DNA from: Lama guanicoe
Taxonomy: Eukaryota
NCBI GenBank assembly: GCA_013239625.1
Contig: MU054001.1
Span: 4,256,167 to 4,320,166, forward strand
Length of the DNA stretch: 64,000 nucleotides
Reading direction: 5' to 3'
Shown here: positions 25,901 through 40,827 of the stretch, in pieces
How positions within the stretch are numbered: position 1 is the stretch's first letter
How the letters are laid out: each line of letters starts with the position of its first letter
The notes under the pieces: model-generated
What the model was told of the DNA's origin: nothing
The model's database searches: none
What the model saw: the letters and a program-made list of their open reading frames with translations, nothing else
Position numbers and translations under genes: made by a program

Positions 25901-28823
25901 AAAGCTAGATTTGAAAACCATAACACAACATCTCCAAACAAATCAAAGACACTAAAAACCGTGCACCTTCACAGACACCTTAAAACTTGGAGGAAAAAAT
26001 GCATTTACCTTTATCATCAAAGCATAACCACACAGGTTCTGTGCTGATACCTCTTCAACCCATCAGCACCTCTAAGAAAGTTTATTATCACTTTTTTAAG
26101 GAGTTTCCACACCAACCAGGTACACATACATGACCGCCAGAGAAACGCCATCACAGTCAGGCAGAATTTGTAAAATCCCATTCTACAAGTACTAGCAAAG
26201 GAAGGTTATGATTCATGGATATGGATGGACTACAATATTTAAATGACACGTTTCTGACATAGTCACAAAATCTTTATAAAGTATTAAAACTCAAAAAAGA
26301 AAAAAGACAGGAGTCAAATACAGAGATGAAATGTACAAAACAAATGAGCAGGCAAACTAAAAGTTCTTGAAAGTATTTTACTTCAGATTGAAAAATGAAC
26401 AGCTTTCACACTGTTCATTGCAAGATACACAGTATTCACGAATACAATGCTGGTCATTTGAGGAAATGTACACACCTCAATTTCTCCTTCATGCTTTTTC
26501 TTTTAGAAAGATACTGTTTACCAAAAAGAAACGTCAAAATACAGGAAAAACTATTTTCCCAATAAATTTACGAATACCTAAGATTCCCAATGGAATCAAG
26601 ATTATCTTCCCGCTACCACCACCTTAATATAATCACATGCTTATTGGAACACTAATATCTGTACCCTAAGGGCACATTTACTTTCAACAATGAGGGTGAT
26701 TCTTTAAAAAAAAACCAAAACTTCAGTGTGGTAAATGTAACATGGATCTCTGTAGGTATTAAGTGTCTGAAATAGGCAGCTAATACTGGATTTAATATTA
26801 CTTTATAAATAATTGTTCCCTTAGCAGTAAACATAAGTCTACACATTCCACAATAGTCCTAGAAAATAAATACGGTGATTACGCACAACATGTTATGACA
26901 AACTAGTTTCAAAAAACAAAAGCTCAACATCTTGATAAAAATTCTGATCAGAATAAAATGTGACTTCTAAAATTTAAAACATCATCAAAATAACATCACA
27001 TTTAAAATCTTCCACGGTTTACACAAGTATTATGAATTTCCAGTTTTGGAACACATTTTTCCGTTGTGAATTAAAATACGAACAGATTGAAAACTGTTAA
27101 TTTTAGTGATGACACCAGTTTTGGTCTGACTTTAGCATTATTTTCTTTAAAAAACTTGCACTAAGTGTCCATTAGTGGTCTGACTGGTCTTCAGTATTTC
27201 ATAAATGTATATAAAAGAAATTCCTAAAAGCCAATAGTACTTCATATGTATATATATAAAAAAGAATCTCATCTCAGAAATGGCTGTAATTAACAGAGCC
27301 ACACACACTGATGCTAAACATAAGAGCGTTCACCTTGAAAGAAAGCATTTTTCAGAAATGCCTCTTACATTATATTAAATATTCCCAACTGAGTTTCAAA
27401 CTCAACATGTGATGAATAACAGAATACATCTCATTTGCACTCAAAGCTGACCACAACCAAAATTTACAGTTGATTGAAACAAGCCAATGTTTAAAAAAGT
27501 TTTAATTAAAGATAACAATTCCATGAAAGGAGAGGATAAAGAATGGGATGACAAGAAGTATTTGGTCTTAATAAGGCAATACAAAATAGATCCATTATCA
27601 AAGACCATTTAATTTTTAAAGATCAACAATACCAAAAGCATAAAGTGGAGTATAAGAAAATAGTTTTTTTATAAGTATGATTTAATTAAAGCTGTTTACA
27701 GTTATTCTGTCCCACAGTAGGTAAGCATGAATTTAAAAAAGAGTAAGAGATGAGAAAAACAAGCACACGCAGCACACAGGGTTAGAGGAGCCAGCATGCA
27801 AAGTCTGTGGAACTCGAGGTTTTACTGCAACAGGAATGGGACCAGACGCGGGTGGCCTTTTTTTCCCCTATTAGGAAGGAAAAAAAAAAAGAAAAAAAAA
27901 AAAAAGACTGCAAAGGAAACAAACACAAAGTCATGTAATTGCCCATTGCCCAAGACGACAGCACTATAGAAAACAGTCGCAAGTTAATTCTTAGAGATGA
28001 CTAGAGATTTTTCAGTGTTTACACAAAAGTACATAGTACATTTTTGTTTTTACAAAATAAAATAAACGTCATTTGCCACCATAACCTTTTCTTTAGAGAG
28101 GAAAATTTTTTTTTTGCAGCAGGTCACAAGGGTTCTATTAAGTCATTTCAATGCTGAGGAAACAAACTGAGTAATAGAACTAATCACTTCCCTATAGATG
28201 GATGTTAAGATGACAATTCAGATTATTTTTCAAACTAATCCTGAGAAAAATCTGTTTACAATTTAAACAGTAATGTTATGTAAAAAGTATTAACAAATCC
28301 ACTATTACAAATATCAATTTCCTATATGGTCATCTATATATACACACAATAAAATGGTAAATATATGCAAAAATATTAAAAAAAAAACATGCACAGATCA
28401 CTTTCCCCTTTGGAATCTGGACTTCCTATAAGACACCTGTGTTTTCCTTCCCCACCCCGTCCTCTGAAATTGTTTTCTGTTTCTATCACCCTACCCACAC
28501 TGAATACTACTCCCTAAACTCTGCATAAAGCCAATGAGAAATAGATTTATTTTACATTCAAGCTTTAAATCTTAAAATGACCCTGTTGTAGCATATGACT
28601 TATCAAATGAGCAGCCTCTTTTTTTTTCCCCTTTTTTGCTTGCTTTTTGTTTTTGTAGTTGTCAGTCTTCATGATCCATTCCGTGGCGAGCTGGGAAAAA
28701 ACGCAGTTGCTAAATCAACGTCTGAACAGTGTAAGGCTCCCGAATGTCTCCCAGGAGTCCCTATCCAACTGTCCTGAGCATGAGATCATTGCACACAGAA
28801 GACAGTCCATCGTACAACGCCGA
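22940..28823 (-). other. TENT4B: Long TENT4B 3' UTR (about 5.8 kb; distal end approximate)
   Basis: AT-rich, no recognisable transposon, follows the stop codon; minus-strand AATAAA at 28546-28551, 23041-23046 and 22961-22966. Confidence 0.65.
22961..23046 (-). terminator. Paired distal polyadenylation signals (AATAAA x2)
   Basis: TTTATT on plus strand at 22961-22966 and 23041-23046, at the end of the repeat-free tract. Confidence 0.55.
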
Positions 28824-29030
<207 letters not shown>

Positions 29031-30117
29031 TCAGTATCGCGGAGTCAACAGAGCACTCGCTAAGACCTGACTCGGGGGGCTCTCATAACTAGGAAAATGC
29101 TGACTTACCTTGCAGGCAGAGAACGATGCTACAGGGGTTAACCCTCTAAAATGCTTACACTTTTTTTTTCATGGAAATACTGAAAAACGCAGACCACTTC
29201 TTCCATTAAGAAGCCTTGCCTTCTTAACAGAGAATATAAAATGTGACACTTTTCTTAAGGAACCTATCAGATGATACACCGCCTGATAAATGGCGTGACT
29301 GGAAGAAGCTCTGAGACAGGCAGGTGTGCTGCCAGGTCAGGGGTCATCACGGCTGGGTGGCCTTTCCTGCTCGCACCTGTCATTCTGGTTGCCATTTCTC
29401 AGTGAGTCAGTGTGCGGTGCTCATGACTAAGGCTATACAGAGTGGATTCTGTGAGTCGAGTCAGGCCTAACAGTCATCCCTACCGCCAAGGGGCCTTCCC
29501 CGGGGTCCCCGAGGTCCTGGGAGAAGGTGTGGTGGCCTCACACTGGAGCCCCGTGTGAAATGGCTTCTTCCCGTCATTTTGATTCATTACGCATGATTAA
29601 CACAATTTTAGGCAAGTGAAAAACTTACAGGAGAGTATCTCTGTGGTCTTTTTAAGTCAAAGCTAAAGCTAATCAGCTGACATGGCTGAGTGCTGTCTGA
29701 CCATTTTCAACACAGGCAACTAGGTATTTAATATTAAAATATAAAAAAGAATATGTACACAACACTATGAGGAGGTCATGCAAAAGCTTTATGTGAGTTT
29801 ACTTCAAGTACAACTGAACTTTTTTATAACTTGAAGCAATTTTTTTCATGCTGAAATTGTAATAAGGTGGGTTGGCTGGGACATCTTGTAAGGACCAAGT
29901 CACCAGATTCCCACAAAAGTTTATGTTACAATAGTGTCTCACAAAGGTCCTCAGGACATCCTATTACAAGAAACACTGTCATGCATTGGAACCTCTTAGA
30001 ACAAACTACATCTTTTTCTTTAACCTAGACCTTTCTTCAAACCCATAACATGCAGGTATATGTACGTTTGTATGTGTATGTACGAACAAAACTCTAAACC
30101 TTCTATATTGAATACTA

Positions 30118-30309
<192 letters not shown>

Positions 30310-31249
30310 CTAACACAAGTCACATGAGTTACAACGTGATGCAGTAATAATTTAGATATTCAACACTAAGAAAGGAAAAGAACTTCAGCTAAGCACTCTC
30401 TGGACTAAGTTTAAACATTTGGGAGTTAAAGGGAACACACCCCGGAATTTATAAAATTAACTGCTTAAGTCTTCCTCCAAACATTTAAAGTAGCTTATTT
30501 TATCAGAGGGTTTCTGTTCATTGTTAAATCCATTGCCCACGCCTGACCTTGTTAATCGGCCTTGAAGGAGCTCATGGAGGTCCAAGTTTATCTGCATTTT
30601 TAATTACAGAAAATGAACCATGGTATAATGGAAAAAGCATGGTAAAGAGTGAGGGCATAGGCCCCAGGCCCTGATTCAATGTCTTCAATCAAATATAATA
30701 CAATCAGTTTAAGAGGCTCAATCTCTGAGAGTCTGCAATAGCAAATCAGCACTCCCCCCAACCACACACCGTGTGGACAGGAACTTCCCTCCCCAGAGAC
30801 ACTGGGCTGAGCCCCACCTGCTTCTGGGCTGCTTGGGCCTTGACTGCTGCTCTTTCCTCAGGTGTATCCTTTGCCCTCACACTCCACCCAGCATCTCAGA
30901 GGCACACTCTTAGTCCCTAATGCTCCCCTTCAAGGCCGTCTCTGCTTCCGCCCCACTGTGTCTGTGACATCCAGCCCAGCATTCTGTCCCCCATAGGTCC
31001 GCTCTCTGAACCAAAATGGTACACAGGTAGATTCTGCACATGAGGATTTATGACTCCATTATGATAAATGGTCGTCATCAACAACATAAAATTATGTCTC
31101 CTCCATGTTGAGATTATTTTATGTCAGACACTCAATAAAATCAAAATTCAAATAACAGGTAAGTCCATTTTAGACGTCGATTTTAAATTAGCTCAGAATT
31201 AACCCTGATGAGGATAAGTACCTACAAGGTATAACTGAAGCTAAAAATT

Positions 31250-31945
31250 TAACCAGGATAAGACAGACAGTAGGTTTGGCATGGCCAGGGCATGGGGGAA
31301 GGGAAGAATGGTTGGGGACTGCTAATAGATTTCCTTGTGGAGTGATGGAAATCTCCTGGAATTAGACGGTGGTGACCACATGGTTGTATAATATTGTGAA
31401 TATACTAAAAACACTTGAGCTGTACATTTTAAAATGCTGAACAAAAGAGTGCATATCTCACTTAAATGAAGTTCTGGAACAGATAAAACTAATCTATTGT
31501 ATTAGAAAATCACAATAGTGGTTACCTCTGAGGGTAAGATTGGGGATTGACTAGAAAACATCACGAGGAAGCTCTCTGGGGTGACAGTAACATTCTATGT
31601 CTTGTTAGGATCTGGGGTCACACATGTGTATGCATTTGTTAAAATCTGGTAAACGTACAATCAAGATTTCCTTATATGTCAATTTTATAGCAAAAGAAGA
31701 ACGCTGGACAAATACTGAACTCTGGTTAATGATGAGCACACTACAGTGCTTTGCAGGAAGTGTGCTGATGTCTGCAATACTTTGAAATGTACCAAAGAAT
31801 AAGAAGAACGGATGCATGGGTGGCCAGCTGTGTGCTAAGCAAGTAAAATGGTAATGGTGGAGTCTAGCGGTGGTGTATGTGAATGGTCACTAAAATTCTT
31901 TTACTTTTGCTGTATGCTTCAAGTTTTGAATACAATGTTGACAAA
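31250..31945 (+). mobile_element. Old L1M 3' UTR fragments
   Basis: GTGAATATACTAAAAACACTTGAGCTGTACATTTTAAAATG and TAGTGGTTACCTCTG motifs. Confidence 0.6.
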
Positions 31946-32081
31946 AAGTACAGTCATTAAAATTACTAAAATTTCCCAGGAACAAGTAAGAAAACAAGTT
32001 AGCTCTATCTCTCTAGACAATTACCCCCAACAACAGACGCCCTAAGGGTCTAGGTTTAGAAAGCCACGTCATCATACTTAC

Positions 32082-32269
32082 GACATCACTAGAGCTGGAC
32101 TGCGTGGCAGAAGAGGAAGACACTGGACCTGATGAAGAGTTTGAAGAGTGTTTACTAAGAGACTCCGAAGCTTTACTTCTACATTTTCCAAGGGCTTCAT
32201 TTTCTTCAGATAGATTATTATTACATTTATCTAACTGCTGAGAATCTACTATCAAGGTAACACCATTTC
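32082..32269 (-). CDS. TENT4B: TENT4B exon (long form): (G)NGVTLIVDSQQLDKC...SSSGPVSSSSATQSSSSDV; short form would be 32082-32128
   Basis: 188 nt = 2 + 62 codons, TTTCAG acceptor, GTAAGT donor; overlaps ORF 32013..32318. Confidence 0.92.
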
Positions 32270-32349
32270 CTGAAAGAGTGGCAAAAGATTGGAAAACGTT
32301 TCTTCCCGTTAAGCACACACAACACAGAAAAGCCTCTAATACTCAGTCA

Positions 32350-32559
<210 letters not shown>

Positions 32560-32574
32560 TTAGTTAAATTTTTA

Positions 32575-32736
<162 letters not shown>

Positions 32737-33928
32737 TCACCGTTACTTAACATGAACTAAACGTTCACAGACCCTCTCCTGGGAGAGCAAGAGCGATCGC
32801 CAGCCTGCTAGAGCTGCACTCAGAACCTGAGCTGTCGGTAGGCCCTGCGGCTCCCTGGGCTCTGAACGTGGGTATCACACATAAGTATGTTATTACAGCA
32901 GACAAACTGCCTAAGTGTATTCTGGCCCAAAAGGGACTGTCTCATACACAGTCATGCAAATAAAAGAACTGCCTGTTCTCTCCTAAGAGTGAAACCAAGC
33001 TAAATTAGAAACATCTATTTTTTGTTTGTTAGCTATATAAATATCTTCTACACTTAAATTATAAGCTCTGAGGAAGCAAGGACCATCTCGCTGAAAAATC
33101 TGTGTGTCCTTTACATAGAGGAGGCACCCAATGAACATTTCCTCAATGAATAAACACACAGGACTGTTAATGCTTATAAGATGGCTCATTAAGCCAGCAA
33201 AGGGCTCCTGAACAGCCACTCTCTCTCTTAACTCCCTTTCCTTATTCATATTTAAAGTCAAAACATTAAAGCAAATGACTCAAGCATTTTCACTGAAGTC
33301 TGATAACAGAGAATATAAATATTTTACAATTATATCAGGAAAAAAAATATTGGCTAGGAAAACTAAGACACGAGCAAGCAAACAGCTTCATGTAAACACG
33401 AAAGGAATTCATTTTCTGTTCACTTTCAAGCCGACATAAAGCTGGAAAAAGTACAAGAACACTATGCAAAATTAAAGAGGAAAGAAGCGGCCCCAAAGGA
33501 AAATCAGCTGTCTCTTTCTCTCGTGAATTCTGAGATGTATCAGTGCACTCACTGCCTCTATGGGCTGCAGAATCCTCACTTGAAACCCTGGCTGACCACT
33601 CGTTAGAATCAGGACCAGTGAGGACTCAAGAAAGAAGAAAAATGGCCACCAAATTGAATGTGCACAAACTCACCCAAATAGCTAGTACCTATTTTCTTTT
33701 GCCTTTAAGAGTCAAATGGATTCTACTCCCTACTTCTCTAGAAGTATATGACATGTTTTTATGGTGTGTGTGTGTGTGTGTATGTTCATGTGTTTCCTTA
33801 TAAAATATTTCAGTGAAAACAGGATGACTACAATTAGAAGTTAATCCTTAATTTTTCATTTTTCATCATCATTTAAAGTACAACATGGTGACTGATAACG
33901 CCCTTTTCTTTGAATGCCCACAAATTTA

Positions 33929-34192
<264 letters not shown>

Positions 34193-34788
34193 CTACATCA
34201 TCAAGGTCACCACAGGCTAACAGCAATAGGAACAGCGCTTCCATCAGAGACAACACTAAAGCCCTGTGGGTGTGGCACTGGCGCGGGACAACTTCTAAGG
34301 CTGAATTTTACAGCTTCCCTAGGATGCCGACAGGGCTGGCTTGGCCCAGCATCAGGGAAGTCATTCTGATTCACGAGCGGAGTCAGCAGTTGGCGACAAT
34401 ACACTACACAACTATGCTCGTTAATGGTATTAAGACTTCTAACTTATCTCAGACAGAAAGTCTCAATTCCAGCTAAACTTACAAGATTGCTTAGAAGACA
34501 TTCTCATTTTTGGTATTTATATTACTATCATGCTGATGGAAACCACACCATACCTTCGCAAATTAAAATTTGTAGTGAAAAGTCTCAAAAATGGTAGAAC
34601 ACACAGGATTAAAAACAAACAAAAATATTCTTTCCTAGGGATTTTAAAATACTTATTTGCTAAATTATAAAAAGGTACCCAGTTTAATGGGAAAAGTAAT
34701 AAGCAAGCAAGGGAATCATTGATTTAGAGCTTGATTTAAATTTTTTCCAAAATGATTCCCGACTGATTTATTAAAAAAAAAAAATTCA

Positions 34789-34971
<183 letters not shown>

Positions 34972-37018
34972 TCAATGAAATCCTACATCAGCAACAGCTC
35001 TAAGCATTAACAGCACAATGGTCTCTAAGAAAAAGCTGGTTCTTACACTACAAACTTCGGTGGAGATGCATAAAATACTTAGTTTTCTATTTTTAAAAGC
35101 AAGCTATAAAAAAGTAAGCTACAAGTAATTCAGGATTTTCTCCTTATATCTAAACTCTAAAACATGTAGTTGTAAGTAACAGCCCCCAAGCACTCAGTAC
35201 GGGACAGGAAACACCGGCAGTGCTCACTGACGGCCATCACCGGGTAATATTCAATTGTAAACAGGTAAAACACACAGTCCAGGACAATGTCTCAACTCTT
35301 CAAGCGCCGAATCGGGATTTTAAAGAATCATGTTTTGTAGGTGGCACTCCACCAGGCAGACCAGGGTCCTTCAGATGACCCTGCACAGCCCGGGGGCGGG
35401 AGCGCTCGTGTCTGCAGCCTCCCGTGCAGGCAGGCGAGCCCACAGACCCACCTTCCGTGCTTCACAAACAAGGGTGAGAAGGTCCACGATAGCAAATGTG
35501 GACAGCGTGGGTCCATCTTTCACTCACACACGTACTCCTTACGTAACTCCACAAGCCAGGCCCTTGGCCAGGGACACAGGTAGACAAAGCAGGTACAAAC
35601 ACCTGGAAAGGAGTCTTAACAGCCGCTGCCAGGGGCAGCAGAATTACTAGTGATTTCTACTCTTTTCTTGACACTTACACAATGAAAACAAACTGCTTCC
35701 ACAAGAAAGAAAGAAGCTTATACTTTTGCAAATATGTCAAAGTAAGCAAGTATGAGAAATAAAAATGTGGAGAAATAACCATTTGTAAACATTACAGTTG
35801 AAGTCAGAAATAGTTTCTTTACATCCTCTGACCCAGAAATTCCACTTCTAGGATCCTTCCTACAAACAATTCATTAGCGTAAAGGAAGATGTAGGCATGC
35901 AAGGATGCCCATTGAGCACTTTTTGTAACAGCAAAAGACCCCGGAAGTGCTGCGCAAAGCCTGACACAACCTAACAAGGGTCAACCGTGCAGTCAATGAA
36001 AACATGACGGAAACCTGTCTACGCCAATACGAAAAAACTTCCAAAATGTTAAGTTAAAAAAAAAAACTATAGACCATGTGTATATAGTGTGCTATTGTGT
36101 TTGCTGAAAATTTCAAGAAGAGGATAAAAAAGCAAAGAAAAAGGTTGATGATGGCAAATCCTGTAAAGCTGATCTAAGCATATAAGGTATAAGGGTGACG
36201 TGCTTTTCACTTCCTTTTTAAATTGGTAAATTTTTACCATGCATACTATTCTCAATTTTTAAAAAAATGTTTCTTTTCTGGTAAAAAGAAAATTTACACA
36301 AACCCAGTACCTCCAAAAGAGTGGGATTATGGATAATATTTCTTTTCTTGTTCTGTTTTTCTGTATTGTGCACGTTTTTACAAGAATGTAATGTTTACCA
36401 CACGACGAAACAGTTAAAATTTTTTTCTTATATAAAAAGAAGAAGGTAACTTAAAGAGCTGCTAAAGAAAAAAATTGTGGAGAGAAAAGATGTTCCACAT
36501 AAACCAAAGCAGTTCACAGCTTTGGTTCAGGGAGAGAAAAGCTGATGCATCAAGCATGCGAAGTGTTCTGAAGATGATGCTGACCAATTCTCCCCTATCC
36601 TGGGAGAAAACAGAACAAGTGGAAACAGATGCAAACCACTCCAAGGTAAAGTAAGGACACCTGCAGGGCCTATCTTACAGGTGAAGCCTGGAACAGGCTC
36701 CCTGAAGAGGGGCTTAATCTGCACTCTTGGAGACTGAAAGGAGACACGAATCAACTGTGCAGCAGGACTCAGCCCTAGTCTCCCTAAGAGGAAGGACCTA
36801 GAGCAGAGAAGTTCTTCAAAAGCTTCCTCAACCCTTAACTCTTACTGAGGTCACATTATAAATTACTGATTATTACAAGCAGATTCAAGGAAAGTAAAAC
36901 CACTGCACTGAAAAGAAGCACTTGTCTGTAATGCAAATACAAAAATAGTTTAGCCAAGTATCTCAGGCCACCGCCACAACGGAATCTCAAAACACAGCTC
37001 TATTTCTAATAGTTTTCA

Positions 37019-37153
<135 letters not shown>

Positions 37154-37391
37154 CTAGGAAGAGAAGAAAGGTAAAATTTAAATACTTTCACCAAATTAAA
37201 ATGACAAAATCAGAGAATGGAAAGTTACCAGACTTACAGTCTTGACTTCCTCATGAGGACAGTAAAACACTAAGTGTTCTGAATCCTACCACAGTGGACT
37301 TGGCTTTCTAGATACTTTACGTTACATACTTAGCATTTAACCTCTTACAATACATTTTGTAATTTCTATTGATCAAGAATTTTGGAATCAG

Positions 37392-37508
37392 CTTGTGGCA
37401 ATAAATATAATGAAGCCAACAACAGATAAATGACTTAAACCATCATATATCAATTTCAGGGTATTACTATGAGTCAATAAATTACATAATTACACAAATT
37501 AAAAAAAA
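37392..37508 (+). mobile_element. Short polyadenylated retro-insert of unknown source
   Basis: Perfect 17-bp TSD AAGAATTTTGGAATCAG (37375-37391 / 37509-37525), AATAAA at 37476-37481, A-tail from 37501. Confidence 0.85.
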
Positions 37509-38255
37509 AAGAATTTTGGAATCAGGTAACAGAAACCTTTCTCAACATTACCTACTCTGGAACAGTTTCCAACTCAAGAAGATCAAGAATTATGAATGTC
37601 AGTTCATAGCATCAAGCTGTTTCCAATAGAGAAACTGCTAGTCACACACAGTAGTTCACTGGCATTATTGGTCAGCTTTGCAAACAGCCCAAGAAAACAA
37701 CAAGAGAACTTAAAAAATAAGAATTACTCTAAAATGAAAAATGATAGAATGATTTAACGAGGTATCAGGAATTCATAAATAAAAAAAAAAAGCCCTATTT
37801 GCATCATGCATTAGAAGACTCAGGCCAGCAAACTCCATGTACAGAACTGGATTTCCAAACTAACAGCTTTTAATAAAAAACACAAGTTGTTTTGCTCTAA
37901 TAAAACCTAATATGCAAAAAATCCAAACTTCTAAAATATTTTTATTTATTTCTAGAATGAGCTTCCACAAAAAAAATTTTAATGCCCATTCCACTAGTTA
38001 AAATATGATTTGATTTACAAAATTTCAATTATATACAATTTTTCAAGGATACAAAACATGACAGAATAGAAGAGCAATATCTTCTATGTAACTATAAACT
38101 TTTTAATAATACATATTAAAAAACTCTATCATGAGTATTATGTATGATAAAATTAAGTAACATTTTTTAAAGAAATGTGTAACCAGAACAATTTGTCTCA
38201 CAAACGAAACTTTCTATGTTCAAACATTACGATCATTAACAAAAGGAAAGAATCA

Positions 38256-38528
<273 letters not shown>

Positions 38529-39913
38529 TTACTTGAACTTACATTCAGGCTACAGACTGCAAGTTAGTACCATGAAAACCTATTTCTCACCCTGCCCAAG
38601 GAAGACTGAATGTGTTGGTGAGGACTGTTTTTTAGAGGGGAAGTGGAGGTTGGTGATTTTAACAACCTCCTCCTTCTCGTAGACATTTCACGAGTGATGC
38701 TGAAAGAAGTAAAACCTCAGAAACACCAGTTAATGTTTCCTGTGCATAAGTTCTTCCGGTACTAAAAAATTTAAGACCTTGCAAGTGAATGAGATTAACG
38801 GTGACTTAGATTATTAAGTATAAAAAGCAAGATGCTGGCAGTGTATCTAGTATGCTACTATCTGTGTAAAAAGGGAAGAAAACATACATTTCCTTTTATA
38901 TGCATATAATATTTCTGGAAGAATAAGCAGGAACTAACTGGTAACAGTGGCTCCTCCAAGGAGAGAAACTGGGGACAGAGGTGGAATCTAGACTTTTCAC
39001 TGTAATTATTTTTGTGCCCTTTTCAAATCTGAAATAGGTGAAGGCACTACTTGTTCATAAAATTTAATTACATTTTTAGAAAGAATGACTCAGGGTTTTG
39101 CTGAAGCTCAGAATCTAAGTAAGAAAAAATATTAATGAACTCAAAGTTTAATATTTTATGGCTTTTGTGGGCCTAGGGCAGCCATGGGAAGAATGGAAAT
39201 TGTTGGGACCCATCCACTTGAACGCATTTTAAGTTTGAGTAAAGTAGATCAAATTAAGCTCAAATGAAAAACATAATGGATGCCTACAGTTAATCATGCT
39301 GTACTGTGCACTTAAACATTTGTTAAGAGGGTAAGTCTCACGTTGAGTGCTCTTCCCACAATAAAAACAAAATCAAAACAGGATGAAATGTTTTGGCTTT
39401 GTAAAGACCACAGCATTTCAATTTTTAGAGACAGGTATTCACCCCTCAAGGAAGCCTTCCCACTCCCCAAAAGGGCCCCCAACACACACACCCCACCCTC
39501 ACGCTCAGCTACGGGTCAGACTGAAATAAACAAGGGGCCTGAAAAGATCAAGACTTTCCTGAAAGAAGAGTTTGCACCTGCACTTCTGGGCCAGAAGGCT
39601 GGAACAGCAGCTAACAGCATGAGTTTTTAATAAAAAATGAGAGACCTGGCATTCCAGAGTATACAAAGTTCTACAGCTTAATCAGGTGTTTTGCCGTAAT
39701 ATTACATTAACATCTGTGTTAGTGGGTTAAGTTATGGGATTGAACAGTTCTCTGCAGTGATATTCTACATCAAAGTAATTTAAATAAAATATAGGTAAGT
39801 GAATTTTTCTCTCATAAATCTGTTTTGTTTCTACTCTTAACACATTCAACAGTCAAAATGAATACACTCTAGAAAAATGCACAATCCCCTGAAAGCTTCA
39901 TAAATGTACTAAC

Positions 39914-39960
39914 CTAGTAGGTAAATACAGGCCAGTTTTAAAACTTCCAAATATCTGGAC
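39914..39960 (-). CDS. TENT4B: TENT4B exon: VQIFGSFKTGLYLPT(S), containing the nucleotidyltransferase GS motif
   Basis: 47 nt, TTTCAG acceptor, GTTAGT donor; phase continuous with neighbours; not in the ORF track. Confidence 0.96.
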
Positions 39961-40616
39961 CTGAAATAGAAAAAATTGTTATATTAAAATACCAGATGAT
40001 AAACCACCAAAGCTATGGAGAAATGTGGGGGTTTGCTACCCTCTACTGGTATATTTTAGTACTACAAGAGCGTTTTTTTCCTCTAACACCCCGCTTTCAT
40101 GAGTTGGGATCCTGTATCTCACAAGTAGACATTTGGAATATGGTTTAAACTTATTAGGTTCAAATATCAAACACGTATACTAAAATAGAAACCTTTCAAA
40201 AGTAAAGTTCAGGTCACTAATGTTCCCATATAATCCAGAGACACGATCACAAAGCCGTAATCTTTGTTCTCTAAGAGGAAGTCTTGTAGATTACTGAATT
40301 AGGGTCAGACTACTTCAGCTGCAGGACAAGTCCCAGCCTGTAGGCCATCTCTGCAGAGAACACCAGGCAGCTGGCATTACAACATCACGCTGGGCATAAA
40401 GCTAGGACACATCCTGCTCCAACCCACGGACAACAGTGGGAAGACTCAGGCAGGTGTGTGTACGTGAGTAATTACAATAAAGGACGAACGATGGAAAAAG
40501 CTCAACTTCTGAGGTGAGGTGGACGCAGGAACCTGATCAGAGCCTCGTGTTACTCATCTGCAAAAACAATTATAGATAAAATCCCCCACCTCAGAAGTAG
40601 GACGACTGATTTAGAT

Positions 40617-40827
40617 GAGGGTTTCTCAATTCAGCACTCCTGACATTTGGGACAGATCATTCTTTGTGATGAGAGGCCGTCCTGCACACGGTATGACGTT
40701 CAGCAAGCTCCTTGTCCTCTGCTCACTATATGCCAGGAGCACCTCGCCAGGCATGATAATCAAAAGTGTCTCTGACATTGCCAAATGCCTCCTGGGGAGC
40801 AAACGTGTCCCCAGTTGAAAGCTGCTG
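40617..40827 (+). mobile_element. MER20 hAT DNA transposon
   Basis: GTTTCTCAA..CACTCCTGACATTTGGG..GTCTCTGACATTGCCAAATG; 8-bp TSD ATTTAGAT 40609-40616 / 40828-40835. Confidence 0.85.
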
